A stretch of DNA of 46,172 bases, from positions 1 to 46,172 of the forward strand of contig LT649283.1 of the NCBI GenBank assembly GCA_900128395.1. The letters run 5' to 3'. Shown in pieces: positions 11,277 through 22,665 of the stretch. The position numbers and the translations under genes were made by a program. Origin of the DNA: Stramenopiles sp. TOSAG23-2. Taxonomy: Eukaryota. Position 1 is the first letter of the stretch. Every line of letters begins with the position of its first letter. The notes beneath the pieces are model-generated. The model did no database searches. It was not told where the DNA came from and worked only from the letters and a program-made list of their open reading frames with translations.

Positions 11277-11960
11277 ATGTCACATGGAACATTGATATAT
11301 GCAAACAATTCATCTGCATCTGTACGTACATTATTGGCAAGGAATTTATTATTAATTACGGATGAACAAGTGGAATTACAACATGTTGGACCGAATAATC
11401 TTCAATTAAACCCAGAAGGACGATATCCATTTATGAGTGTCACTGGAAAAGGTTTATTAACACAAAGTGGTGCTATTTGTGATTATTTGGAAGATATATC
11501 ATCATCGAATGTAACATTAATACCAAATTCGACATGGGAACAAATACGTATGAAACAAATAGTAAATATTATTCAATGTGATATACATCCATTACAAAAT
11601 TTACCAATAATTAAATTAGCTATTAATATGGGAATGAAAGAACATTCAGACAAACCAATCTTTCAACATCCTTTTCGTTTAAAAGTATTACGACGTGGCT
11701 TTGCTGGCTTAGAAGCGCATTTAAAAGAATACAATAGTACTGGTAAGTTTTGTGTAGGTAATGAAATTACACAAGCAGAATGTTATTTAGTACCACAAGT
11801 AAGAAATGGGATTGGTGCAGGTATTGATTTTGAATTGGAATTCCCATTGGTAAATCAAATTTGGATCAATTGTTTACAAAATGAAATTATATCAAAGACA
11901 TTAGAATTTGTCGGTGGTGCGGTTAATCGATATAAAAATATTGATTTATCCAAATTGTAA
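11277..11960 (+). CDS. Glutathione S-transferase, zeta class (maleylacetoacetate isomerase-like)
   Basis: SSASVR N-terminal motif, LNPEGRYP, LTQSGAICDYLE, IQCDIHPLQNL and FCVGNEITQAECYLVPQV. Confidence 0.85.
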   Translation: MSHGTLIYANNSSASVRTLLARNLLLITDEQVELQHVGPNNLQLNPEGRYPFMSVTGKGLLTQSGAICDYLEDISSSNVTLIPNSTWEQIRMKQIVNIIQCDIHPLQNLPIIKLAINMGMKEHSDKPIFQHPFRLKVLRRGFAGLEAHLKEYNSTGKFCVGNEITQAECYLVPQVRNGIGAGIDFELEFPLVNQIWINCLQNEIISKTLEFVGGAVNRYKNIDLSKL

Positions 11961-12117
11961 TATTACATGGACATATGTGTGTTGATAGTATTTATATGTG
12001 TCATATTATTTCTGTTTTGTGTAACTGCTTCTCTCATCTCTTTCTCTGTGTACACCATATACTACACTTTTTCATTCTCCCCACCTCGCTTCGCATGTAC
12101 ATTATGTCCGACATATA

Positions 12118-13158
12118 TTAATCATCTTTCTTATTCTTCAAATCCTTTTTCTGTTTATTTACACTTGCATTATAAATATATAAACTAATAAAAACCAATG
12201 GCATTGCTACATATACATCATTTGTAATTGGTTTGTTAAAATAAAAATATTTACTAACAGCTGTCATGATAATACCACAAACAACACAAAATATTTTACG
12301 TACAGAACCAGCATGTTTCGTAACTTGACCAACAAATATACCACCACATGCATTTGTTAACAATGGTATCATTACATATGAAGTCATACCATTTAAATTA
12401 ACAATGGATGAAGTGAATATAAATATAAAAGATGTTGTCGATGTTGTTGTTGTCAATGGCGATGAGGTATTCAACATGATTAAATTAGTAACAAATAATA
12501 TCATTGCACTAATAAAACTCAATTCTGCGGAAAATAAATATGAATTACGTTTTGTTTGACCAGACATAATCATTTGACTATATGCAGATGCAAATCCACT
12601 ACACATACATGCTAATAAACATGGAATAATACCATACAAAAAATCATTCTCCACATTATTAACATTGTTATTATCATTTTTTGGTATACTTAATAAAACA
12701 CCAGTAATCATTAACATAAGCAATGCAATGCATTGACCAAACGTTTGTTTTTTACCTAATAATACATAGACCATGATCGCAGTAAATACAACTTTGGTTT
12801 GATTTAATAAATTAAAAATGATTGGATCCATATTTTGATATGCCATTTGTATACAAACATTTTGAAATGCATAAATAGCTGCTGGTACACCTGCACATTT
12901 CAATGCATCAATATATGACCATTGTTGTATTGCTGCTTTTCCACTTGATCCACCATCTACAAATAGTAAGATGATGGCAAAAATACATTTGATTATTTCG
13001 CATAATAGCACTAACGTTGGCTTGTGTGCATTTTTATCAATACATGTTTGTGTAAATAATGGTTGTAACCCAAATTGTAATGCTAAACATAACATGAAGA
13101 AATAACCACGTAGAATATTTGTTTGTTCATGTTGTTGTAATTTATTTTTCTTATTCAT
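12118..13158 (-). CDS. Nucleotide-sugar transporter, SLC35A (UDP-Gal/CMP-Sia) family
   Basis: About 10 TM segments with CEIIK, VPAAIYAFQN, NLLNQTKVVFTA, CSGFASAY and GGIFVGQVTKHAGSVRK. Confidence 0.9.
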   Translation of the reverse strand: MNKKNKLQQHEQTNILRGYFFMLCLALQFGLQPLFTQTCIDKNAHKPTLVLLCEIIKCIFAIILLFVDGGSSGKAAIQQWSYIDALKCAGVPAAIYAFQNVCIQMAYQNMDPIIFNLLNQTKVVFTAIMVYVLLGKKQTFGQCIALLMLMITGVLLSIPKNDNNNVNNVENDFLYGIIPCLLACMCSGFASAYSQMIMSGQTKRNSYLFSAELSFISAMILFVTNLIMLNTSSPLTTTTSTTSFIFIFTSSIVNLNGMTSYVMIPLLTNACGGIFVGQVTKHAGSVRKIFCVVCGIIMTAVSKYFYFNKPITNDVYVAMPLVFISLYIYNASVNKQKKDLKNKKDD

Positions 13159-13572
13159 CTTTTTTTTTATTTGTATGTGTGTCTGTGTGTATGTATTGAT
13201 ATAGATATATGAATCTTATAATATTACTTTTTTTTAATATTTTGTATTCGTTCCAAGTGTTCCTGTTGTAATAATATATTTACTGTTTTTTATTATCTTT
13301 TCTTTCTATACTCCTCCCTCTTCGTATATATATGTCTTTGATGAATGATTGGCAACAAAATGACATAACAACATCAATTGAATTGAAAATTGAATTGTGA
13401 ATTGAATGATGATACAAGAACAATATATATATATATATATATATATTCAACAAAGTGAAATTGTATAGATATAGATATATTTACAGAAAGTAGTTTATAT
13501 CTACTTTATATACGAACAAAAAAAAGAATATCGTGTTTGAATATATACATATATATATATTACAAAAAGATA

Positions 13573-14703
13573 ATGGCATCCTCATCAACAACAACTAATA
13601 ATAATAATAATGAAGAAGAAGAAGAAGAACATGCATTATATAAATTATTAAATATATTACCAAATGCAACAGAAAAAGAAATTAAAAAAGCATATCATAC
13701 GAAAGCACGGCATGTGCATCCAGATCGATGTGGTGGCACCGTGGAAGCAAAGAAAAACTTTCAAATATTACAAAAAGCATATGAAATATTATCCGATCCA
13801 GAAAAAAGAAAATTATACGATCGTACTGGATGTACGGATACGGATAATAATCAATTTTGGGAAGCATATAAACATTATCGTCAAGCATTTCCTGAAATTA
13901 CAAAGGAGGATATATTCGCATTTGAAAAAGAATATCGACATTCAAATGAAGAAAAACAAGCAATTGTTGACTTTTATGTTAAACATAAAGGTAATGTTTC
14001 AAATATACTGGGTTTTATCTTATGTAGTCGTGATGAAGACATTCCACGTTTTATTCAAATCATTGATGAAGCAATTGAAAAGAAAGAAATTCAATTGAAA
14101 ACTATTTATCAAAAAAGTAAAATGAATATTTTAACAAGTCAGGAATTGGATCAAATGGAAATGGAAAATGGTGAAGATATTGGTAAAGAAGAAGAAGAAG
14201 AAGAGAAGGAAGAAGAAGAAGCTGGAGTCGATGATGATGATGATTGGATTGTATATGGTGAAGAAGATGAAGATACAAACATGTTGTCATCATCATCATC
14301 TTCAACAAAGGATGGTAGTAGTAGTAGTAGTAGTAATACTAGTAGACATAATAATAAAAAAAAAGAAAATTCAAAACAAAAAGGTAATAATAGTAATAAA
14401 AATAAAAATAATACAAAAAAGAAAATAAAAAAGAAAAAGAAAAAACAAGACAATGATGATGATGCATTTGCTGCATTACGTGCACAAATTCATAATAACA
14501 AAAAAAAACGTGAACAACCACCACCTATTGATGATACTGATCCAATGGCAGCATTACGTGCACAAATTTTTAGTCGTGGGCAAGAACGTCATACATCAAT
14601 GATTGATATGTTAAGTGCAAAATATGGTAATGGAAGTGGAAGTAAAAAGAAACGGAAAGGATCATCAAGTAGTAGTAAGAAGAAACAAAAGAAGAGAAAG
14701 TAA
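13573..14703 (+). CDS. DNAJC9: DnaJ subfamily C member 9-like co-chaperone
   Basis: First ATG at 13573. J-domain with HPD and FQILQKAYEILSDPEKRKLYDRTG, followed by the DNAJC9-type IT.EDI..FEKEYR.S.EE region, an acidic/basic tail and a C-terminal L.AKYG motif. Confidence 0.88.
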   Translation: MASSSTTTNNNNNEEEEEEHALYKLLNILPNATEKEIKKAYHTKARHVHPDRCGGTVEAKKNFQILQKAYEILSDPEKRKLYDRTGCTDTDNNQFWEAYKHYRQAFPEITKEDIFAFEKEYRHSNEEKQAIVDFYVKHKGNVSNILGFILCSRDEDIPRFIQIIDEAIEKKEIQLKTIYQKSKMNILTSQELDQMEMENGEDIGKEEEEEEKEEEEAGVDDDDDWIVYGEEDEDTNMLSSSSSSTKDGSSSSSSNTSRHNNKKKENSKQKGNNSNKNKNNTKKKIKKKKKKQDNDDDAFAALRAQIHNNKKKREQPPPIDDTDPMAALRAQIFSRGQERHTSMIDMLSAKYGNGSGSKKKRKGSSSSSKKKQKKRK

Positions 14704-14790
14704 ACAAAATAAAGAAAGGGACAATGAATATTATATATCACCACACACAGTATAGGATCATCATAGTTAATCTCTCTGTATATATTATTT

Positions 14791-15038
14791 CTGTTGACGG
14801 GGGGAGGGGGGCAGGGCAGGGAGAGAGATAGTCTATAGGGCCATTAGTTTGACATCCATCATCCCTCCATCATCATAGTATAATATACAGTATATAAAGC
14901 TGAGTTAACTGTTGACGGTGGGGGGGGGGGCAGGTAGAGAGATAGTCTCTAGAGAGTCATCCATCCATCCACCATCATATTAGTAATATATATATATATA
15001 TATAACCAATATATATATATATATATAAAGCTGAGTTA
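14791..15038. repeat. Degenerate tandem duplication (~118-bp period, 2 copies) containing G-tracts
   Basis: Both copies (14791 and 14909) read CTGTTGACGG-(G run)-CAGG-(AG)n-ATAGTCT...CATCCATC...CCATCAT...TATATAAAGCTGAGTTA. Confidence 0.85.
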
Positions 15039-15512
15039 TTAAAAAGTTGTTTTATTAAACAAAGAACTATGTAAATGCAAATGAATATAGTTCTAATATT
15101 GTATAGAGTATAAAATTATATAAATTATAAGTGTGGATGAATTTAAATTAGCTATAAGAATACCACCAAGGATACGTAGGATATATATAGGTATTATTTC
15201 ATGTATTAGTATATGCCAAAGTATAAATTATTGGCGATGATTTATTTATTTATTTATTTTTCGAGAAGGTTGTTGTTTTGCAGCTGCCGCCGCCAACAGC
15301 ACAACAAGCTGGTATTATTATAAGGTGTAAAGGCAAGATTGAAAAAAATTGAATAAATGATAAATGATATATATATATATTATATTACTAATATTATAAT
15401 ATAGATGGTAGAAGATTGATGATGTAGTAATTAGAAGTGAACAATAATAATAACAATAATAATAATAATATATATATACACACATATATAAACCATTCAA
15501 TTATATTTATTG

Positions 15513-15751
15513 ATGATGGATGATGATCGACGCAATGCATTGGAACAATTAAGTAAAAAACGTAAAGCACAACAAGCTGCATTACAAGATGATGATGAGA
15601 ATAATAACGAGAAGAAAAGAAAAAGTGGTGGAGAGAAAAAGAAGAAAAAGAAGAAAAAGAAAAAACGTATACAAATATTAGATGATTCAGACGATTCAGA
15701 TGATGAAGAAGATTTATTTGGTAATAGCAATCAAAAGAAAAGCTCCACTAA

Positions 15752-15784
<33 letters not shown>

Positions 15785-16082
15785 CAAAATAAAAGTTAAA
15801 CCATCATCTAGTAGTAGCAATTCTTCAAACAATAAAAAGAAAATGAAAAAAGCAAAGAAAGCAAAAAAAGAAAAGAAAGCAAAGAAAACAAAGAAAAAGC
15901 CAAAGAAAAAAAGAAACGACGATGATGATTATAGCGATGAAGAGGATGTTAGCGATTTCTTAGACAAAGAAGAATTGGATGGTATTGATACATCTTTAAT
16001 CATTAGAGGTGGTCGTTCAAGACGAAATCGTACAAAAGTGAATTATGCAGAAATCGATGGTGATGAGGAAGAAGAATATTAA
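15513..16082 (+). CDS. CHZ-motif (Chz1/HIRIP3-like) histone chaperone, highly charged low-complexity protein
   Basis: K/D/E/S-rich protein ending ELDGIDTSLIIRGGRSRRNRTKVNY, which matches the CHZ consensus (D..IDxxNII..RTRG..ID[FY]). First ATG at 15513. Confidence 0.7.
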
Positions 16083-16559
16083 AAAAAATAATAATAATAA
16101 TGATTTACGATTATGATTTGATATCGAAGGAAGGGAAAGAGAATCAGAGAATCAAGGGAAATTTCCAATGTAATAAGGGAATATAAAGGGTGAGAGAGCC
16201 ATAGTCGTTTGTTAGTTATAATATTTGAGAAAGAGTAGTAAAAAAAAAATAAAAAACGTGTCGTCTTTAAAAAACCAACTATCCTCTCCTTATGCACATA
16301 ATATATATCATATATATGGGTATACAACACACTAGTGTGAGATCAGATTATTTCAATTATTGTACACAGATGTATCTTTTTGAAAGAGTACCTAAGTATG
16401 ATGAGTAAATTAAAATAAAATTTAAATTATGCGTTTTTAACTAAATTATACGAGATCTTTCGTACGACACATCAATCTAGAGCTCCCTTCTCATATTATA
16501 TTAAATACACCACACCCCACTACTCTTTTCTCACCACTTCTACCTCGCATCACCTCCCT

Positions 16560-19500
16560 TCAATTCATTACACATTTATTTGGTATCAATGCACCAATTG
16601 GATTCCCATCCCAAAATCCACCATTTTGAAAACAACGATCGTTAATTGGACCATATCCACTTTCTTTTCCAAACCAATTTTTCCATCTAGCATGTGATGT
16701 TCGTGCATCACCACTTGGATCTTTTATGAAATCTTTATACATACCACAACTATTCATATACAAAGTACCATTTAAAATATACCATTGCGTTGTATTTATA
16801 CATGTAAATGCATATCGTCCATCTGCTAAAAATTCAGGTGTCAAATCGTTTCTAGAACTTATTCCATGCGTACAATGGCCACCAAATGCTGGAATATATT
16901 TCCATGGATTTTTTTCAAATAAAATAGCATTTTCATTCGTGGAAAACCAAAATTCATATGGTTCTGGATGATATTGCAATAATGTCGAAGATAAAATTGT
17001 ACTTGAATTGATATAACGACGATATAATGCTGTACCTTTCACATCTTTCTCTTCTCCTTGTTTTAATGAAAAATATGCTACTACATCTACACCATTAATT
17101 GCTATCAATCGTGGACCTAATTTAGATGTACTACCTAATAAAACAGATAAACCTTTTGACGTAGGCAAGCCTGTTTATATATATATATATATATATGCGG
17201 TGTATGTATTTATGGTGAATTAATATTTTTGTATTATTAGTTGTTAGTACATATGTTTTATTATATGGTAATGATGATAGAGGATAATATAATATTGTTT
17301 TTTTTTTTTTTAGTGACAGCAGATGCAAATGTGTATATATATCATATTATGATATATATATATTTACGTACGTGTTAATGATGGTATTGGGGAACCAAAT
17401 TGTTTTGCAAATTGTTGTTGTATTGTAGCACATTCTTTACTACCACTTGGTGTTCCACAAACATTTTGCCATAAATCATATGTATCCCATTCAACAAGTG
17501 TATACATCTCGCATTTACTTGTTGTTGTTGCGGTAATATCATCATCATCTATTTCTTCTTGATGCATTGATAATATTTTACGTTTAAAACCTGGCTTTTT
17601 AGATAAAAATGGTGTCCACGTTGAATTATCAGCAATTATAAATTCATTTACACGCTGACAATCAATTATAAAACGATTAAATTCAATAGCTTCTTTTTTT
17701 ATTGCAACTGGTTTCACACCACCAAATGGTTGCAATGTATCATATAATACTTTTAATCCATTTTTATTATTCATTGGATATGGCATTACCGGTATGGATT
17801 CACCATATAATTTCGTCATCGCATTATCAGTATCAATTAATACTTGACTTGGTACACTTTTCCATAAATCATATGATTCCCATATTACATAATTCCAAAT
17901 GGTACATGTAGTAGTAGTAGTAGTAGTATCATCGTTACTATTCTCGACACTATTTGCTTTTGAAACATTCATAGTGGTTGGGTCAACAGTTACAATTTTT
18001 TCAACAAATCCAGGTTGTTTTTCCAATACTTTTGTCCATGTTTCATTATCTGCCCATAAAAATTTATTCAAATTATTACATGGTATTTGTATATTTAATA
18101 ATTCAATCGTAGTTGTTACTGGTGATGTAAATGGTGGAAGTGGTGGTGGTGGCATTATGGATGTGGATGATAGGATTCTTTTAGTATCAATAGTATTATC
18201 GATGGAAGAACGTTTGTCTTCGTTATTAATACTATCACCACTATCATCTATTACTTTACGGTCATAATTACCGTTCTTGTTCTTCTTCTTCTTATTATTA
18301 TTACTAACACGATCATCATCAACAAGATCAATTAATTGGTTGACTAATTTCAAATTATAATGCATACTATCTTCAACTGTTTCATATGATGCACATCCAC
18401 CAACATATAATGTACAATTACAAATACCATCACCCATTTGCAAATCATCTAAGTCCCATACTTTTCCATCCATAACATCTTGGTTATTATAATGAAAATA
18501 ATATGTATCTACATAAAATTGTCCTAACGTTTTTGTAATTTTTTTATTATGTGCTTTTGCCCATTTTTGTTGTTCCTCCCAATGCACGGAACGATTGCAT
18601 TGTGGATATGGATAATATGAAAATGATTGAATACCACCAACTTTATGTGATTTTCCAGTTTCAGCATATCCAATATCACGTCTTACGATTACACTACCTT
18701 TTTTTTGAAAATTACTTGGCCAAAATTCCAATGCTTGAAATTCATTTGGAATATCTTCAAATTCAACTAATGATACTAAAAATTGCATTGCTTGTTTATT
18801 ATAAAATAATGAATGTTCCCCAACACTTACTTGATCTAATATTGGCTTGATTTTCCTATCATTTGATCCACGTACATAATTTGTAATCGGTCCACTTAAA
18901 ATAATAAAATCACATGTTTCATCTGGATAGGTTGATGGATTTTCAAATTGTAATGTGATTGATGGTTCCATTCCATTGCTACTCCCATCATTGGCGAATA
19001 GTGTCGATGATGAGGAAGAGCTACTAGGTCGTCGTATGATGTTTTTCACCTTATAACCATATTTCACATTTAATTGAACTTCTTCTGCCATATTATTAAT
19101 TATACCACCATATCCATCTTTTAACATTGCTAATGGGTATTCCTTATTTCCAAAACCACCACCTTGCATAGATATTGGATTACACCATTTTAACATATAA
19201 TATGCTGACATTTCTTTTAATAAACCCATTCCTTGTAATACAAAGAATTGATACATTAATGGATATAACAATTCAATATCATTACGTTTTAAAAAATCAA
19301 TTGCTGTACCATTTAACATATTTAATTGCGTTATTGTTTTTGGACGTGGTGGAAATCTACCTTTGTAATTACCAAATATTTTCTTAGAAATTGCATAATA
19401 TTTATTTAATGCATCACTAACTAATTTACCATTTATATTTGGATCGTTTGTACCAGTATATTTTTTTAACCAATTGTTATAATATGTTGCTGGTAATTCT

Positions 19501-20135
19501 GGGATGTCTCGTTGTTGTTGTGTTGGTATTTCTTTTTCTCCTTCTGATGATTTTTTCTGCTTCGTCGTCTGTTTCACATTATTATTATTATTACCTAATA
19601 AAGATGATACTATTTCTTGTGGTATATCTGTTGTATTATGAAAATGCATCATATGTTTTACGGATAATGGTACACCAGATTCATTATAACGTTTTAAAAA
19701 TTCACGTACTTCAATATAATCTGGTGATAAAAATGCCGCACCAAGTTCACGTGTAATGTTCGTCTGTAAATCTTTTGGTCTTGTCCATATAAAACCACCT
19801 AATCTTTTTTTTTGTTCATATAATATTGTATTTTCAAATCCACGTCGTTTTAATAACCAACCCATATGTACACCAGAGGAACCACCACCAATAATACACA
19901 TTTTTTCTGGTCGTATACCACCAGTACATGTCCGTAATGTTGTGTGATTCCACATACCTGGATAGAAATATTTCGATGAATCTAATTGACATTTTAAACT
20001 AGATGGCGGTGGTGATAATTTTTTCGCATGTATTATTATTATTACATGGTTGTTGTTGGTGATGATTGATAATATTAATAATACTAATAATGATATTATT
20101 TTTTGGTGATGTTGGTGGTGGTATGATACCATCAT
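16560..20135 (-). CDS. Secreted multidomain protein: FAD oxidoreductase (PUFA-isomerase/amine-oxidase fold) + 2 ABM-like domains + YHS-type domain; 2 exons (20135-17372, 17170-16560), 1124 aa
   Basis: Signal peptide; IIGGGSSG...YEQKKRLGG dinucleotide-binding motif; ELGAAF; two copies of F..ADN.TWT..L.K.PGF..K...W.[ST]YDLW; AINGVDVVAYF...F..NPWKYIPAFGGHCTHG. A phase-1 intron joins the two ORFs as PSLTR|LPTSKGLSVL. Confidence 0.82.
17171..17371 (-). other. Spliceosomal intron (201 nt)
   Basis: Donor GTACGT, TACTAAC branch point, acceptor AAACAG. There is no other AG inside, and the join is in frame. Confidence 0.85.
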
Positions 20136-20936
20136 GGTTGGAATTATCGGTACTGTTGTTGGTGTATTTTTTTAATGACTTTTTTAATAAGAGTTATAGA
20201 GAAGTTGTTCTTGGATATGATGGTTGTATGTGTATGTATGTATGTATGTATCTCTGTATATATGATGAAGAAGGCTTTTTGTTTATATTTATATTGAGTG
20301 TATTTGTGTGATGTATGTTAAAACATTATGATGACAATATGTTCTTCGAGCAACACATAATACTAAAGTAAAAATTATCATCATATTTTTTCGATATGTA
20401 ATTTTCTTTTTTTCAATTTATATTATTTTACTTCGTTTTATACATATAATATCTTTTTAATAGCTAAATAAAAGTATAAATTAATATTAAATAGCTTTTA
20501 TAATTAATTAAAATAAATCTTTTATTGAATATTTGTATAATATTTGACCCTATTGATAATGTAAATGAGCTTATTAATAATCATAATATATAAAAATGCT
20601 ATTTTAAAATATATATATATTAAAAGCAATTTAATAATAAATAAGCATTATAAAGCTTATAAACATTTAAATTTAGAATAGTTATAAATATAATGAAAAA
20701 GAAAACACAAAATATATTTTTTGGTTTTTTCGTAATAATACGAACGAAAACTTTTTTACACAACATACAAGACCTGTGGCATAATAAATACTGTAATATA
20801 TATATTATATATTCATCTCTACCTCTTTGAATTATTTAAATTCATACTATATAAAACATGATCAGCGTATTCCTACTATCTCAATCTCCATCATCGTTTG
20901 ATTATAAAGAAAACGGTAGTGTAGTATAAAATAATA

Positions 20937-22166
20937 ATGAAACAATCGTCATCATCTACTATTGTTAATGCCACATCCAACACCATCAACAATAATACAA
21001 CAAATCATCATCATAATAATAATAATACAATATTAATTGATTCCATATCAGGATTTATATCAGGTATTGCTGCATTATGTGTCTCCCAACCATTTGATAC
21101 AATACGTGTACGTGCCCAAACAATAGATAATCCAGCAAAACTAATTTCACATCAAATACGTTCCTCCTCCACCAGTAATAATAATAATAATAATAAATCA
21201 ATGACAACAACAAATTTCAATATAAATACAACTCGTCGTAATATAACCACATCAGGTGGACATTTATATAATACCATCAATGGAACATTTCAAGGATATG
21301 GTTTATTAGGTTTTTATCGTGGCATTGTTCCACCCCTAGTAGCAACATCCATTATAAGTACAACCGTTTTTTCATCTTTTGAAATGGTGAAACGTCAAAT
21401 ATATAATAATATTGTAATCAATAAGAATAATCATAATAAGAACAATAAAACATTATCTTCCTCATCATTATTATCATGTTCATTACCATTATCATATATA
21501 TTCATTGCAGGTTCATGTAGTGGATTTTTAACATCATTTTTAACAACACCACTACATCGTGTTAAAGTACAATTACAAACAACAACATCATATCAATATC
21601 AACAACATACATTACGTTCAACTATTACATGTGCAAAAAATATATTACAACAAGAAGGTTTACGTAATGGTATGTATAAAGGTTGGAATGCACAAGTATT
21701 ATCAGAAACAATTGGACGTGGTGTTTATTTTGGTACATATGAAATGATTAAACGTTTTCATATGAATTATTATTATTATTATATAAATGAGGAAGGTAAT
21801 AATAATAATAATAATAATAACAATAGGTCGATGATGAGAGTCGATACGGCTACGACTTATAATAATAATAACAATATACCATTACATGTACGTATGTTAA
21901 GTGGTGCAATTTCTGGTATTGTTGGATGGACAATTGTATATCCAATCGATGTATTGAAAAATAGAATTCAAGCAGAAAAAATTGGGGATGGAAAAAATAC
22001 ACAAAGTTTAAGAAATTTGTATCGTCTTGGTTCTATATTATATCATAATCATGGTATAACTATTTTTTATCGTGGTTTATCAGTCATGTTAGTCCGTGCA
22101 TTTCCTGTATCAGCAATTGCATTACCAACATATGATATAGTCCATGAATATTTAGAAGGGCTGTGA
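20937..22166 (+). CDS. Mitochondrial carrier (SLC25; carnitine/basic amino acid carrier-like) with poly-Asn loop insertions
   Basis: Three Px[DE]xx[KR]xxxQ repeats (PFDTIRVRAQ, PLHRVKVQLQ, PIDVLKNRIQ) plus GFYRG, GMYKG and FYRG motifs. Confidence 0.93.
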   Translation: MKQSSSSTIVNATSNTINNNTTNHHHNNNNTILIDSISGFISGIAALCVSQPFDTIRVRAQTIDNPAKLISHQIRSSSTSNNNNNNKSMTTTNFNINTTRRNITTSGGHLYNTINGTFQGYGLLGFYRGIVPPLVATSIISTTVFSSFEMVKRQIYNNIVINKNNHNKNNKTLSSSSLLSCSLPLSYIFIAGSCSGFLTSFLTTPLHRVKVQLQTTTSYQYQQHTLRSTITCAKNILQQEGLRNGMYKGWNAQVLSETIGRGVYFGTYEMIKRFHMNYYYYYINEEGNNNNNNNNNRSMMRVDTATTYNNNNNIPLHVRMLSGAISGIVGWTIVYPIDVLKNRIQAEKIGDGKNTQSLRNLYRLGSILYHNHGITIFYRGLSVMLVRAFPVSAIALPTYDIVHEYLEGL

Positions 22167-22665
22167 CGATGCGAGTGTGTGGATGTGAGTAAATTTGATG
22201 TGAGATACAGGAGTGTAAAGAAATATTTAATATAAAATTGGAGGACGAGAGAAGAGGCAAAAAAGGACACTCCCCCCAGCAGGGTACGACACTGCATGGT
22301 ACATTTTTTTATTAATTATGCATGTATACATTCAATAAAAGTGCTTAAAAAAATACTAGCCGGACCGCCGGACCAATAATATATACACGTAATAAAAAAA
22401 GGTTTTTACACACAAGGATTATTAATATTTAACACTGATGTTACACACATATGATATCATAACTCTTATCATAATATGATATGATATGCATATGATATGC
22501 ATATCATAAAGATTTTAACCAATCATTTATGTACACATTATGCAAAATGATTACACACACACACACATGAGATGCACACACTTTTTTGCGCTGTGTGTTT
22601 TGAAACGAAACGCCACCTCTCGCGGTCCCACAATATAATCCTATCTCCCCATCTCAATCCCTCCT

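Noticed and set aside
16380..16900. Selenoprotein/SECIS possibility for the YHS-type domain
   Set aside because: The GGHC position is a TGT Cys codon, there is no internal TGA, and I see no SECIS-like AUGA/AA/GA hairpin downstream.
17362..17367. Alternative donor GTAAAT four nt downstream of the chosen donor
   Set aside because: It would join out of frame with the YHS-containing exon.
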